Assembly: GCA_030390025.1 (NCBI GenBank) | Contig: CM059442.1 | Coordinates: 1,860,001-1,924,000 of the forward strand | Length of the DNA: 64,000 nucleotides | DNA from: Squalus acanthias | Taxonomy: Eukaryota | Direction of reading: 5' to 3' | Shown here: piece by piece, positions 1-13,269 of the stretch | How positions within the stretch are numbered: the first letter of the stretch is position 1 | How the letters are laid out: the number at the start of each line of letters is the position of its first letter | Notes under the pieces: model-generated | Seen by the model: only the letters and a program-made list of their open reading frames with translations | What the model was told of the DNA's origin: nothing | The model's database searches: none | Made by a program: the position numbers and the translations under genes

Positions 1-79
1 TGCCATGGATGAGGGAATTCAGTTATGTAGAATAAGTAGAGAAGCTGGGATTGGTCTCCTTATGGCAGAGAGGTATAAG

Positions 80-1914
80 AACATAAGAACATAAGAACTA
101 GGAGCAGGAGTAGGCCAATTGGCCCCTGGAGCCAGCTCCGCCATTCAATAAGATCATGGCTGATCTGATCCTAACCGCCAATCTACTATCACAGAACCAT
201 CTCCTGAACCTAACAGAATTGGACACACGAAATAGGAGCAGGATCAGGCTACACGGCCTCTGGGCCCGCTACGCTACCCACAGGGCCATGACCGATCCGA
301 ACCTAGACTCATGTCCAAATTCCTGCCCGCTCCCCGTAACCCTTAATTCCCTTTACTTCTAGGAAACTGTCTATTTCTGTTTTAAATGTATGTAATGATG
401 TAGCTTCTACAGCTTTTTGGGGCAGCATATTCCATGGACCTACCACCCTCTGAGTGAAATAGTTCCTTCTCATCTCAGCTTTGAAAGAGCAGCCCCTTAT
501 TCTAAGACTATGCCCCCTAGTTCTAGTTTCACCCATCATCGGGAACATCCTCCCCGCATCCACCCGATCCAACCCCTTCACAATCTTATATGTTTCAATA
601 AGATCGCCTCTCATTCTTCTGAACTCCAATGAGCAGAGACCCAATCTACCCAACTTCTCCTCATATGTCCATCCCCTCATCCCCGGGATTAACCGAGTGA
701 ACCTTCTTTGTACTGACTCGAGAGCAAGTATGTCTTTTCTTAAGTATGGACACCAAAACTGTACGCAGTATTCCAGGTGCGGTCTCACCAATACCTTGTA
801 CAACTGAAGCAATACCTCCCTATTTTTATATTCTATCCCCTTAGCAATGAAAGCCAACATTCCCTTGGCCTTCTTAATCACTTGCTGCACCTGCATACTA
901 ACCTTTTGAGTTTCCTGCACCAGGACCCCCAGATCCCTTTGTACTTCAGTACTTTCCAGTTTCTTGCCATTTAGATAATAACTTGCTCTACTATTTTTCC
1001 TGCCAAAGTGCATAACCTCACACTTTCCAGTATTGTATTCCATCTGCCAAATCTCTGCCCACTTACTTAGCCTGTCTATGTCCCCTTGCAGATTTTTTAT
1101 GTCCTCCTCACTCACTACTTTCCCTCCCATCTTAGTATAATCTGCAAACTTTGATATGTTACACTCGGTCCCCTCCTCCAAATCGTTAATATAGATTGTA
1201 AAGAATTGGGGACCCAGCACTGACCCCTGCGGAACACCACTAGTTACTGATTGCCAGTCTGAGAATGAACCATTTATCCCAACTCTCTGCCTTCTGTTAG
1301 ATAGCCAATCCTCTATCCATGCCAGAATATTACCCCCAATCACGTGATTTTTTATCTTAAGCAATAATCTTTTGTGTGGCACCTTGTCAAATGCCTTTTG
1401 GAAGTCTAAATACACCACATCCACTGGTTCCCCTTTATCCACCCTGTGTGTTACTTCCTCAAAGAACTACAGCAAATTTGTCAAACATGACTTCCCCTTC
1501 ATAAAACCATGCTGACTTTGTCCTATTAAATTATGATTATCCAAATGTCCCGTTACTGTCTCCTTAATAATGGACTCCAAAATTTTACCTACCGCAAATG
1601 TTAGGTTAACCGGTCTATAGTTGCCAGCCTTCTGTCTACTGCCCTTTTTAAATAAGGGTGTTACATTAGCAGTTTTCCAGTCTGCCGGGATCTTTGCTGA
1701 GTCCAGGGAGTTTTGGAAAATTATTACCAATGCATCCACAATCCCTACCGCCACTTCGCTCAAGACCCTAGGATGTAAGCCATCATGTCCAGGTGATTTA
1801 TCCGCCTTGAGTCCCATTATTTTACCGAGTACCACTTCCTTAGTGATTTTGATCGTGTTTAGCTCCTCCCCCCCTATAGCCCCCTGTTTGTAAAGTGTTG
1901 GGATATTCTTAGTG
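80..1914 (-). mobile_element. CR1-type LINE, 5'-truncated (RT domain and 3' end), relatively young
   Basis: ORFs 309-1442 and 1467-1835 contain YLDFQKAFDKVPH, GVPQGSVLGP, KFADY (mutated FADD) and RPHLEYCVQFW. A (TTCTTATG)n tail lies at ~77-100. Confidence 0.97.
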
Positions 1915-4384
1915 TAAGGGAAGATTTACCAGAATGGCACGAGGCCTGAGCAACTTCAGTTATTTAGAGAGATAAGAGAATAAGGAATGTTTTTTCTCCT
2001 GAGCGCAGAGAATGTTAAGGTGTGATGTATCAGTAATATACCGGGAATGAGGGACTTCAGTTCCGTGGAGACACTAGAGGAGGTGGGATTATTCTCCTTA
2101 GAGCAGTGAAGGTGAAGTGGAGATTTAACAGTCTGGTATCGGGAATGAGGAACTTCAGTTTGTAGGACAGATGAGAGAAGCTGCGTTTGTTCTGTTGTAA
2201 TCAGCAAGGAACAAAGAAGAGGGATTAAATACCGATAAGCAAATAATATGAAAAAAACGCAGGGTGCAGTCAACAGTTACAGGAAATGCTTACAACGGAA
2301 AACTGTGGTTTCACCTCAGAAGCGCTTCACGTCGCACAATGAAGCATTTAACCCCTGACATTGACAACAGTGCATCAGAACCAAGACTGAGGCTAAACAT
2401 ATTGAAGGATAATGCATGTTGGGAATATCTCTGATATGTTTTAAAACCGTATCATTAGTTAATTATTTGAATATCACCACAGTTAGAATCAGATATTTAT
2501 AGAATAATTGAGCATTGAAGGAGTTCACTCGGTCCAACCTGCCTGTGCGGCACTTTGAAAGAGCAATTCAATTAGACCCTTTGATAGTCTTTAACGACCT
2601 AAACCTGCACGTGTTTCCTTTTCAAGCATTTAAAAAATTCACTTTTGACAGTTACAATAAGAGGTTCACAAAGAGATTGATTCTCAGATATTAATTAATT
2701 AATAAAATTGAAATCCAGTTTTTTAATTTACATCAGGGTTAACATTCCACCGAGAATTTCCTAAACTATAAATTAGTGGCGTGAACACATACACAATGTG
2801 TGAAATAGGAGCATAAAAACCGCATCTTAGCCCTGTATTGTGCTACACATGTAACTTTGACTTGAAATAAATGTAGTTTGTTTCAGAATCCAAAAAAATA
2901 AAATGAGTAAACGGCATCGGAAATATAAGATTTAAATCATCTTTGCAGGAAAATGAAATCCATGTGCTTCACATTTCTTTTATCTGAAAAATAAGTCAGC
3001 TTGAATCACTGTGGGAAATGTAGTAAACTTGAAAGTGTAGTAAGCAGTGAGGAGGCTAGCAGCAGACTTCAGGAGGGCAGAGACAGGCTGATGAAATGAA
3101 CAGAAACGTGGCAGATTCCATTTAATGCAGAAAAATGTGAAGAGATGAATTTTGGGTAGGCAAATGAGAAGAAACAATATGAAGGAAATTATAAAATGTT
3201 ACAGGGCATTCAAGGTGCACATAAACAAGATAAGTTGTTCAATATATTCTAAAAACTTTAAGATTTTGTCTTTAAAAGTTGAGGTATAATGTACAAAAGG
3301 AAGGAGCTGTTGCTAATCCTTTGTATATCACTGGTTAGGCTTCAGCTTGAGCAATGTTTCCAATTCTCAGCACCATAACTTAGGAAGGATGTCACGACCT
3401 TGTAAAGGATGCAGAGAAATTTACCAGAATGGTGCCATGGATGAGGGAATTCAGTTATGTAGAATAAGTAGAGAAGCTGGGATTGGTCTCCTTATGGGAG
3501 AGAGGTATATGGAAAGATTTACCAGAATGGCACGAGGCCTGAGCAATTTCAGTTATGTAGAGAGCTTAGAGAAACTGGGATGTTTTTTCTCCTTAGAGCA
3601 AAGAAGGTTATGGTGTGATGTATCTGTAATATACTGGGAATGAGGGACTTCTGTTTAGTGGAGAGAGTAGAGAAGGTGGGATTATTCTGCTTAGAGCAGT
3701 GAAGGTGAAGTGGAATTTACCAGTACGGTAGCGGGGATGAGGGACTTCATTTATGAGGAGGGACTAGGAAAGGTGGCATTATTCTCCTTAGAGCAGTGAA
3801 GGTGAAGTGGAGATTTACCAGTACGGTATCGGGGATGAGGGACTTCAGTTTGGAGGACAGATGAGAGAAGCTGGGGTTGTTCTGGTGTAATCTGCAGGGA
3901 ACAAAAACGAGGAATTAAATACCGATAAGCAAAGAAGATGAAAAAAATTTCAGGCTGCAGTCAACAGTGACAGGAAATTCTTACAACGGAAACCTGTGGT
4001 TTCAGCTCAGAAGCGCTTCACGTCGGACAATGAAGCATTTAAAAACTGACATTAACAACAGGGCATCAGAACCAAGCCTCAGGATAAACAGATTGAAGGA
4101 TAATGCATGGTGGAATCTATCTGATGTGTTTTAAGCCCTATAATTAGTTAATTATATGAATACCAACAGAGTTAGAATCAGACATTTATAGAATAATAGA
4201 GCAGAGAAGGAGGTCACTCATTACAACCTGCATGTGCGGCTCTTTGAAAGACCTATCCAATTCGGCCCTTTCAGAGAATTTATCCTCCTAAACCTGCACG
4301 TGTTTCCTGTTCAAGCATTTAAACAATTCCCTTTAGACAGTTACAATTAGATATCCAGAAACAGATTGATTCTCAGACATTAAT

Positions 4385-6800
4385 AGAGTCGTAGATAGAG
4401 TCATAGAGAATCATAGAGTTATACAGCACAGAAAGAGGCCCTTCGGCCCATCGTGTCCGCCTCGGCCATCAAGCCCTGTCTATTCTAATCTAATTTTCCA
4501 ACAATTGGTCCGTAGCCTTGTATGCTCTGGCGTTTCAAGTGCTCATCTAAATGCTTCTTGAATGTTGTGAGGGTTCCTGCCTCTACCACCCTTTCAGGCA
4601 GTGAGGTCCAGATTCCATCCACCCTCTGAGTGAAAAAGTTTTCCTCAAATCCGCTCTAAACCTCCTGCTCCTTACCTTGAAACTATGCCCCCTGGTTATC
4701 GACTCCTCTACCAAGTTGAAAAGTTCCTTTCTATCTACCCTATCTATGCCCCTCATAATTTTGTACACCTGAATCAGGTCCCCCTTCTGCCTTATCTGCA
4801 ATAAGGAAAATAACCCAGCCTGTCCAGTCTCTCTTCATAGCTGAAGCGCTGCAGCCCAGGTAACATCCTGGTAAATCTCCTCTGCACCCTCTCCAATGCA
4901 ATCACATCCTTCCTATAGTGTGGCGACCAGAACTGCACACAGTATTCCAGCTGTGGCCTAACTAGCATTTTGTACAGCTACATCAAAACCTCGCTGCTCT
5001 TATATTCTATGCTTCGGCTAATGAAGGCAAGTATCCCATATGACTTTTTAACCACCATATCCACCTTTCCTTCTGCCTTCAGGGATCTATGTACATGCAC
5101 GCCAAATTCCCTCTGTTCCTCTGTCCTTACTAGTGTCCTACCATTCATTGTGTATTCCTTTGCCTTGTACGTCCTCCTCAAAATGCATCACCTCACGCTT
5201 TTCAGGGTTACATTCAATTTGCCACTGTTCTGCCCATCTGACCAACCCGTCGATATCGTCCTGTAGCCTGAGGCTTCCCTCCTCGCTATTTACCACCCCA
5301 CCAATTTCGTGCCATCTGCGAACTTACTGCTCATACATCCTACATTCATATCTAAATCGTTAATGTACACTTCAAACAGCAAATCATACAGCACCGATCC
5401 CTGCGTTACACCACAGTCTTCTAGTCACAAAAACAGACTTCGTCCAACACCCTCTGCCTACTGCCACGAAGCCAATTTTGGTTCCAATGTGCCAGGTTGC
5501 CCTGGATCCCATGAGCTTTTACCTTCTTGACCAGTCTCCCATGCGGGACTTTGTCAAAAGCCTTACTGAAGTCCTTGTAGACCACATCAACTGCACTACC
5601 CTAATCCACACACCTAGTCACCCCCTCGAAAAATTCAATCAAATTGGTTAGACATGATCTCCCCCTGACAAAGCCATGCTGACTATCCTTGATTAATCCT
5701 TGCCTCTCCAAGTGGAGACTAATTCTGTCCCTCAGAATTGTTTCCAATAATTTCCCTATCGCTGATGTTAGGCTCACTTGCCTGTAATTCCATGGTTTAT
5801 CCCTACTCCCCTTCTTGAATAATGGTACTACGTTAGCTGTTCAGCAGTCCTAGCACCTCCCCTGTGGCCAGAGAGGCTCTGAAAAGTTGTGTCAGAGCCC
5901 CTGCAATCTCCTCCCTTGCCTCACAGAGCAGCCTGAGATACATCTCGTCTGGTCCTAGGCATTTATCCACTTTTAAGCCTGCTAAAACCGCTAGTACCTC
6001 CTCCCTCACAACAATAATTTGTTCAAGTATATCACAATCCCCCTCCCTGATTTCTATGCCTATATCATCCTTCTCCACAGTGAACACAGATGCAAAAGAT
6101 TCATTTAAAACCACACCTACCTCTTCTGGCTCTACATACAGATTGCCACTCTGGTCCCTAATGGGCCCTACTCATTCCCTAGTTTTCCTATTTCCCTTAA
6201 TATACTTATGAAACACCTTGGAATTTTCCTTTATTTTGCGGCGAGTGTTATTTCATGCCCCCTCTTCGCTCTCCTAATTTATTTTTTATTACCCTCCTAC
6301 ACTTTCTATACTCCTATCGGGCTTCCACTGTATTTATTCCTTTGTATCTGCCAAAAGCCACCCTTGTTTTTCCGAATCCATTCTCGTATATCCCTTGACA
6401 AAGAGGGTTCCCTGGGCTTGTTGGTCCCACCCTTGACCTTTAAGGGAACATGTTGCCGTTGTACTCTCTCTATTTCTTTTCTGAAAGACTCCCACTGCTC
6501 TGATGTGGATTTTCTAACAAGTAGATGATCCCAGTCCAATTTGGCCAGATTCTGCCTTATCATATTAAAATCGGCCTTCCCCCAATTTAGAACCTAAATC
6601 TCCGGTCCATCTTTGTCCTTTTCCATGACTACCTTAAATCTCACTGAATTATGGTCACTCTCACCAAACTGCTCTCCTACTAACACTACGACCACTTGCC
6701 CGGCTACATTCCCTAGAATTAGGTCAAGTACTGCCCCCTCTCTTGTAGGACTTTCTACATGCTGGCTCAAAAAGCTCTCCTGGATGCACTTTACGAATGT
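4385..6800 (-). mobile_element. CR1-type LINE, 5'-truncated, frameshifted
   Basis: Minus-strand ORF fragments cover the endonuclease end (PTREGAVLDLILGN), linker and RT. An (ACTCTATG)-like tail lies at ~4385-4420. Confidence 0.93.
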
Positions 6801-9379
6801 ATTGTTAACATTGAAATCCACCTAGTATTCCACCTAGAATTTTCTAAACAATAAATTAGGGTCTTGTAAACAAGCATAATGTGTGAAATAGGAGCATACA
6901 AACCGCCTCTCATCCCTGTATTGTGCTACAGATGTAACTGTGCCTTGAAATCAATGCTTTTTGTTTCAGAGTCCAAAAAAGTTAAATGAGTAAACGGAAT
7001 CTGAATCATAAGATTTAAATCCCCTTTGCAGGAAAATTAAATCCATGTGTTTCACATTTCTTTTCTCTAAAAAGCAAGTCAGCGTGGAGCACGGTTGGAA
7101 ATGTAGTAAACTTGAAAGTGTTGTAAGCAGTGAGGAGGTTGGCAGCAAACTTCAGGAGGGTAGAGATAGGCTGGTGAAATGGACAGACACATGGCAGATT
7201 ACATTTAATGCAGAGAAATATGAAGTAATGAATTTTGTGTAGGCAAATGAGAAGAGACAATATAAAGGATATTGTAAAATTTTACAGTGCATTGAGGGTG
7301 CACATAAACAAGATAAGTTGGTCAATATATTCCAAAAACTTCAAGATCTTTGGTTTTAAAAGTTGAGGTATAATGTACAAAAGGAAGGAGGTGATGCTGA
7401 TCCTTTGTATATCACTGGTTAGGCTTCAGCTGGAGCAATGTTTCCAATTCACAGCACCACAATGAGGAAGGATGTCACGACCTTGTAAAGGGTGCCAAGG
7501 AAATTTACCAGAATGGTGCCAGGGATGAGAGAATTCAGTTATGTAGAATAACTAGAAAGCTGGGATTGGTCTCCGTAAGGCCAGAGAGGTATAAGGGAAG
7601 ATTTACAAGAATGGCACGAGCCCTGAGCAACTTCAGTTATGTAGAGAGATTCGAGAAGCAGGGATGTTTTTTTCTCCTTAGAGCAGAGATGGTTAAGGTG
7701 TGATGTATCAGTAATATACCGGGAATGAGGAAATTCAGTTCCGTGGAGACACTAAAAAGGTGGGTTTATTCTCCTTCGAGCAGTGAAGGTGAAGTGGGGA
7801 TTTACCAGTCCGGTAGCTGTGATTAGGGACTTCAGTTTTAAGGAGAGACTAGGGAAGGTGGCATTATTCTCCTTAGAGCAGTGAAGGTGAAGTGTAGATT
7901 TAACAGTATGGTACCGGGAATGAGGGTCTTCAGTTATGAGGAGAGATTAGAGAAGCTGGGGTTGTTCTGGTGCAATCTTCATGTAACAAAGAAGAGGAAT
8001 TAATAGCGATAAGCATGAATATGAAAAAAATTCAGGCAGCAGTTAACAGTGACAGATTATGCTTACAACGGAAACTAGTGTGTTTAGGTCAGAAAACCTT
8101 CACCTCGAACAATTAAGCATTTAACCCCTGACATTAAGAACAGGACATCAGAATCAAGACACAGGCTAAACACATTGAATGATAATGCATTTTGTGAATC
8201 TCTCTGATATGTTTTAAGGCGTATGATTAGTTAATTCTTTAAATACCACCACAGTAGATTCATAAAATTGTAGAATCTTAGAGCAGAAAAGGAGGCCACT
8301 AGGTCCAACCTGCCTGTGCGGCTCTTTGAAAGACCAATACAATTAGGCCCTTTCATAGACTGTTTCCACATAGGCCTGCACGTGTTTCTTTTTCAAGCAT
8401 TATTCCAGTTCCCTTTTGAAAGTTACAATTAGAATTGCAGTAACAGATTGATACTCAGACATTCATTTATGAATAATATTGAATTCCAGGGTATTAAATT
8501 ACATCAGGGATAATATTCCACCTCGATACTCCTCAACTATAAATTAGGGGCCGTGTACACAAACACAATGTGAGAAAAGGAACATACAAACCGCCTATTC
8601 GCCCTGTATTGTGGTACAAATATAAAAGGCCCTTGAAATCAATGTAGTTTTTTTCAGACTCAAAAAAAAAATAAGTAAACGGCTTCGGAAATAAAAGATT
8701 TAAATCCCCCTTTGCAGGAAAATGAAATCAATGTGTTTCACATTTATTTTATCTAAAAAGCAAGTCTACTTACAGCACGTTTGGAAATGTAGTTAACTTG
8801 AAATTGTAGTAATGAGGGAGCAGGATAGCAGTAGACTTCAGGGGGGCAGAGAATGGCTGCTAAATGGGCAGACACTTGGCAGCTGACATTTAATGCAGAG
8901 AAATGTGAAGTTGTGAATTTTGGGAAGACGAATGAGAAGAGACAATAAAAAGGAAATTGTAAAACGTTGAAGGACATTCAGGGTGCACATCAACAAGATA
9001 AGTTGGTGAATAAGTAAAACCATCTTTAAGATCATTTACTTTTAAATTAGAGGTATACAGTACAAAAGGAAGGAGGTTTGCTAAACCTTTGTATATCACT
9101 GGTTAGGCCGCAGCTGGAGCATTGTCCCCATTCTGGGCACCACACTTCAGGAGGGTTTTCATTACATTGTAAAGGGTGCAGAGGAAAGTTACCAGAATGT
9201 ACCAGAGGTGAGGGTATTCAGTTATGTAGAAAGCTAGAGAAGCTGGGATTGTTCTCCTTATGGCAGAGATGTATCAGGGAAGATTTATCATACTGCTTCC
9301 AGGGATGGTGGATTTCATTTATGTGGAGAGACTGGAGAATCTGTGTTCTGTCTCCCACGTACAAACCAGACATGTACGC

Positions 9380-11400
9380 ATAAGAAGCAAAGATGGGGTT
9401 TCAGAAGCAAGAGTGTCTGGATGAGAAAGCGAATACGGTTTAAACTAAGCAGAAACAGCAGGCGTATGACAAATGTCAAGTGCACGAGTAAAGCAGAACA
9501 TCGCGTAAAATCTGGAGAGTGCAGGTGGAAATTGAAAAACGATATAAGAAGGGCAAAGAGAGATTACGAAAACAGATTAAAGGGTAACATTATCAGGAAT
9601 ACAACAATCTTTCACATATAAAAACTGAAAGGGCAGTTAAAGGAATGGAGGGGCCGATTAGGGTCAAAAAGGAAATATTCTTGTGGAGGCTGATGGTATG
9701 ATTGTGGTACCGAATGAGTATTTTGCATCTGTATTCACAAAAGAAGAGGATGAAGTTGCAGTAGAAGATGGGGAGTATATATATTGGATAGGATAAAGAT
9801 AGATAGAAAGGAGGTGCTAAATGAGTTGGAATCACTCAATGATAACAAGTCTCCCGGTCCAGATCGGATCCATCCTACGTTGCTGAGGGAAGCTATGGTG
9901 GAGATAGCAGAAGTTCTGACCACAGTCTTCCCATCCTCCTTGGAAATGGGAGTGTTGCCAGAGGACTGACGGATTGCAAATGTCACTGACTGTTCAAAAA
10001 CGGGGAGAGCGATAACCCTGGTAACTACAGGCTGATCAGTCTACCTTCAGCCTTGGGAAAATTACTGGAAACCACAGTCATTGACAACCTTAATTCTTAT
10101 TTAGAGAAGCTTGGTTTAGTGAGGGAGTGCCAGCTGTCCTTATTAATGTATATTGTTCAAGTATAATCGTGTTTGATTGAACTGATTGAGTTATTTGATT
10201 AAGTATGAATGAAGGTTGATGAAGGTAGTGCAGTAGATGTTGTGCATCCGGAATTTCAATAATGTATCACATAACAGACTCACTAGAAAAGTAGAAGCAC
10301 GTAGTATGAAAGGGACGGTGGTGAATTGTGTTCTTAAATGTCTAAGGGATAAGAGGCTTAGAATAGTGTTGAACAGATGTTTTCCTGACCATGTGGAAGT
10401 AGGCAGTGGTGTACAACAGAGGTCGGTGTTAAAACTATTGATGTTCCTATTATATAAAAATTACGTGGACTTGTGCATTAGGGATAACATTTCCAATATT
10501 GCTTTTGATGCAAAATTTGGCAAAGTTGTAATTAGTGAGCAGGATAGCAGCAGACTTCAGGAGGATATAGTCAGAGTTGTGAAATGGACAGACATATGCC
10601 AGATGGAATTCACTGCGGCTAACTGTGCAGTGAAGCACTTTGGGAGAAACAACACGGAGAGGCAGTTTAATGTAAATGACAATATCGTCAATGGGTAAAA
10701 GAGCGAAGGGAGCTGGCCGAACACACTCACAAATCATTGAAGGTAGTTGGGCAAGTTGATAAAGCAGTATAGAACGTGTATGGGATAATTGGCTTTCAAA
10801 AAAGAGCCATTGAATACAACAACAAGGAAGTCATGCTAAACACTTACAAATCACTGGTTAGGCCTCAACTGGAGTTTTGTGAACAATTCTGAGCACCACA
10901 GTTTATGAACGATGTCAAGTACTTTGGAGGATAGAGAGAAGGTTTCCAGGATGATGCTAGGGATGAGGGTCCTCAATAGGAGAAGGTGAAATTGTTCACT
11001 ATATAATAGAACATGCCAATGGGAGACCAGATAAAGGTACTCGCAATAATATGGTGTTTTGATAGAGCAAGTAGCGACAAACTCTGTCCCGTTGCAAGTG
11101 GGTCGGCAACCAAAGGTCACAGATTAAAAATAATTTGATAAACGCCGAGACGGGAAATGATGCGAAATTAATTTACACGGGAGGTTGTTAAGATCTGGAA
11201 CACAACATCTGAAAGGGTGTTGGGATCAGATTCCATAGGATCTTTCATAAGAACATTGGGCTTGTACTTGAAGAGCAATAATGTGCATGGTTACGGGTAA
11301 AATGGTCCAGGCTGGGACAAATTTGGACAGATCTTTCAAACAACCGACACAGGGAGGACAGGCCGAATGGCTCCACCTGCACTGTAAGATTCCATGATTC
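9380..11400 (+). mobile_element. Old degenerate CR1 LINE (ORF2 linker, RT and 3' end)
   Basis: KSPGPDRIHPTLLRE (9784 ORF) and RT remnants (10237 ORF). The 3' UTR ends in gattccatgattc at ~11400. Confidence 0.85.
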
Positions 11401-12321
11401 TAACTAAATAAGGTCAATTGAGATAACCGTTTGTAAACAATTCCAATAATCCATCGCTAGAATCAAGATATACCTTCGGCCTAATGAAACAAACCAGCTT
11501 TAAATGATGATCAGATACACAAACTTTCCATTTTGTGACTGAGTGAAACCATCAGTGAAAGATAAAGGAGAGCAACTGGGTGGAGTCTGTGTGCAAATAC
11601 TGAGCATCTCTGCAGATCTCCACATGCGACCATACCACGGAACAGGATGACAATGCAAGCGGCGGAGCTCCATTGTGAAATGGCTGGAGGCATTTAGGGT
11701 GGGAATTGAGATTGAACATGATGGAGATTAAGAGATACATTTTGAGCGCAAAAGGTAGCTGCAGCACTGTGTTTGTTGAAGGACATTAGTCTCCGCCCAC
11801 TGTGCAGATCAATATCTCAGTGAGATGTTCAGCTCGTGCACACTGAATGAGGAAGTGGACTTAAAATAAATTCCTAGATCTGAAAGCTGCCTGAATTATT
11901 CACCAGAAAATTTTAGTTTTACAGACAGTACACACCCGCTCACAAATATCACAAAGCGCCTTATATTGAGATGCAAGATGGCAAAGAAAATGAAAAATAA
12001 GCAAACAAAGGGAAAACGGTCAGTACTGCAGAGAACAGGAACAGCAGTTAAGTCTCATAACGGAAGGCAGAGGTTTCAAAACGAAGGAGCTTTAGTTCAA
12101 AGAAAGAGGAACTAAGCTGCTCACAGAAAGAAAATTGTCTCAGAACCAACGGCAGAGCAAAAAATATATTTACTGGAATATCCACTGACTGTTAATATCT
12201 TTTTCTCCTCTTTCTCCCTCCAAATCACCGGAAACCTAGAATCATATAAGCGTACGGCACAGTAGTAGATCATTCGGCCCATCGTATCCGTGCCGGCAGG
12301 AAGGGATTTTATTTTGCTCAC

Positions 12322-12357
12322 TGGACACATTCCTGTTCGGTTCAGCAAATTACCAGG
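12322..12357 (-). pseudogene. 36-nt second leader mini-exon of LRC-like Ig receptor gene A, with in-frame TAA
   Basis: Minus strand: ttattctgtcggttctgtaaag|CCTGGTAATTTGCTGAACCGAACAGGAATGTGTCCA|gtgagc. Phase 1-1, reading (A)W*FAEPNRNVS, with the stop at 12350-12352. Confidence 0.65.
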
Positions 12358-12997
12358 CTTTACAGAACCGACAGAATAACATTTACTTCAAGTGAACATC
12401 TTTGTGAAACCTCAAACCTAAGCAGCTGGTATTGTGCATTATCTGGCACAAATGTAACCGTTTCATTTCAATAAGTCTAATCCTTCCCCTTTCTTTATAA
12501 AGGAGGCGTCTCTCGCTGGAAAACGGTTGTAAGGGCGGCGCTTTTCTGTTTTGCCCTTGGGTAGAGCGAACACTTTCCATGTCTGAGCTCAGACGCTGTG
12601 TGTCCTTGAAAAGTCTGATTGCAGATGGTGTAAACATGGATCCTGAAAATGTCCTCAATGGACATCCACTGATCAACAGTTTACAATGGAGCCACACGGT
12701 AACGATTAGCAGCGGGCACTCTCTCTACTTCTCAATCCGCCCTAAATCACCCAAATCTCCCGTAAACTAAAACCAGATGCAATCTCTCAAAGTTGCCAAC
12801 TGAGAATTCTGCAAAAACAATTATCCGCTCCGACAGCTTTCCAGTCTAAAGTGCTTCACACCAATCTAGGAGTTATTTTCATCCACTGAGCTACTGGTGA
12901 TCGGATACTGCCGGGCTCAGTCCCGCTCTGCCGCTTATATTTGCCCACTCTGATATTTCAAGGAACTGGAATGCAGTAAAATTGTTTCACGACTCAC

Positions 12998-13028
12998 CGA
13001 ACATCAGTAACAAGGCGGCTGTGTCCAT
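12998..13028 (-). CDS. First leader exon (signal peptide part 1) of Ig receptor gene A
   Basis: aacATGGACACAGCCGCCTTGTTACTGATGTTCG|gtgagt encodes MDTAALLLMF plus a phase-1 G. Good Kozak context and a consensus donor. Confidence 0.7.
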
Positions 13029-13109
13029 GTTCTAGAGTGAGCTACTTTCAGACATGAGAACTGTAAGGAATGGCGACTGAGTCTCTTGCTCCGCCTCCAG
13101 GATTGTCAT

Positions 13110-13162
13110 ACCTGGAAGTGTTCGGAGAATGAGAGCAGAAACAGAGCCTGGGAGGAAGTGAG
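13110..13162. promoter_or_regulatory. Candidate ETS/PU.1 sites in the promoter of gene A
   Basis: CTGGAAGTG (13112-13120) and GAGGAAGTG (13152-13160) lie 85-130 bp upstream of the leader ATG. Confidence 0.4.
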
Positions 13163-13269
13163 GTTGCCCCACAATTAAAGCAACAGCACCACAATTAAAT
13201 AAGGATTAGAACTTTGCAAGGTTCACCATGGAAGCATTTAAATTGCATACGATCATCTCAGGATGTAGA

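Larger units (their letters stand above)
1..9290. repeat. Tandem array of ~1.6-1.7 kb units (3 full copies plus a partial one at the window start), interrupted by two CR1 insertions
   Basis: The anchor ggaagatttaccagaatggcacgaggcctgagcaa recurs at ~1919, ~3511 and ~7597, with a degenerate start at ~9278. Bases 1-79 match ~3433-3510 and ~7517-7595. Each unit carries a decayed CR1 piece and internal sub-repeats (ctccttagagcagtgaaggtgaagtgg). Confidence 0.9.

Noticed and set aside
417-1893. Plus-strand ORFs over the first CR1 (and similar antisense ORFs throughout)
   Set aside because: They are antisense shadows of retroelement coding sequence.
12387-12417. Alternative second exon for gene A (ag|GTTTGAGG...CTTGAA|gtaaat)
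   Set aside because: It is 31 nt, breaks phase and has no polypyrimidine tract. The 36-nt candidate fits better.
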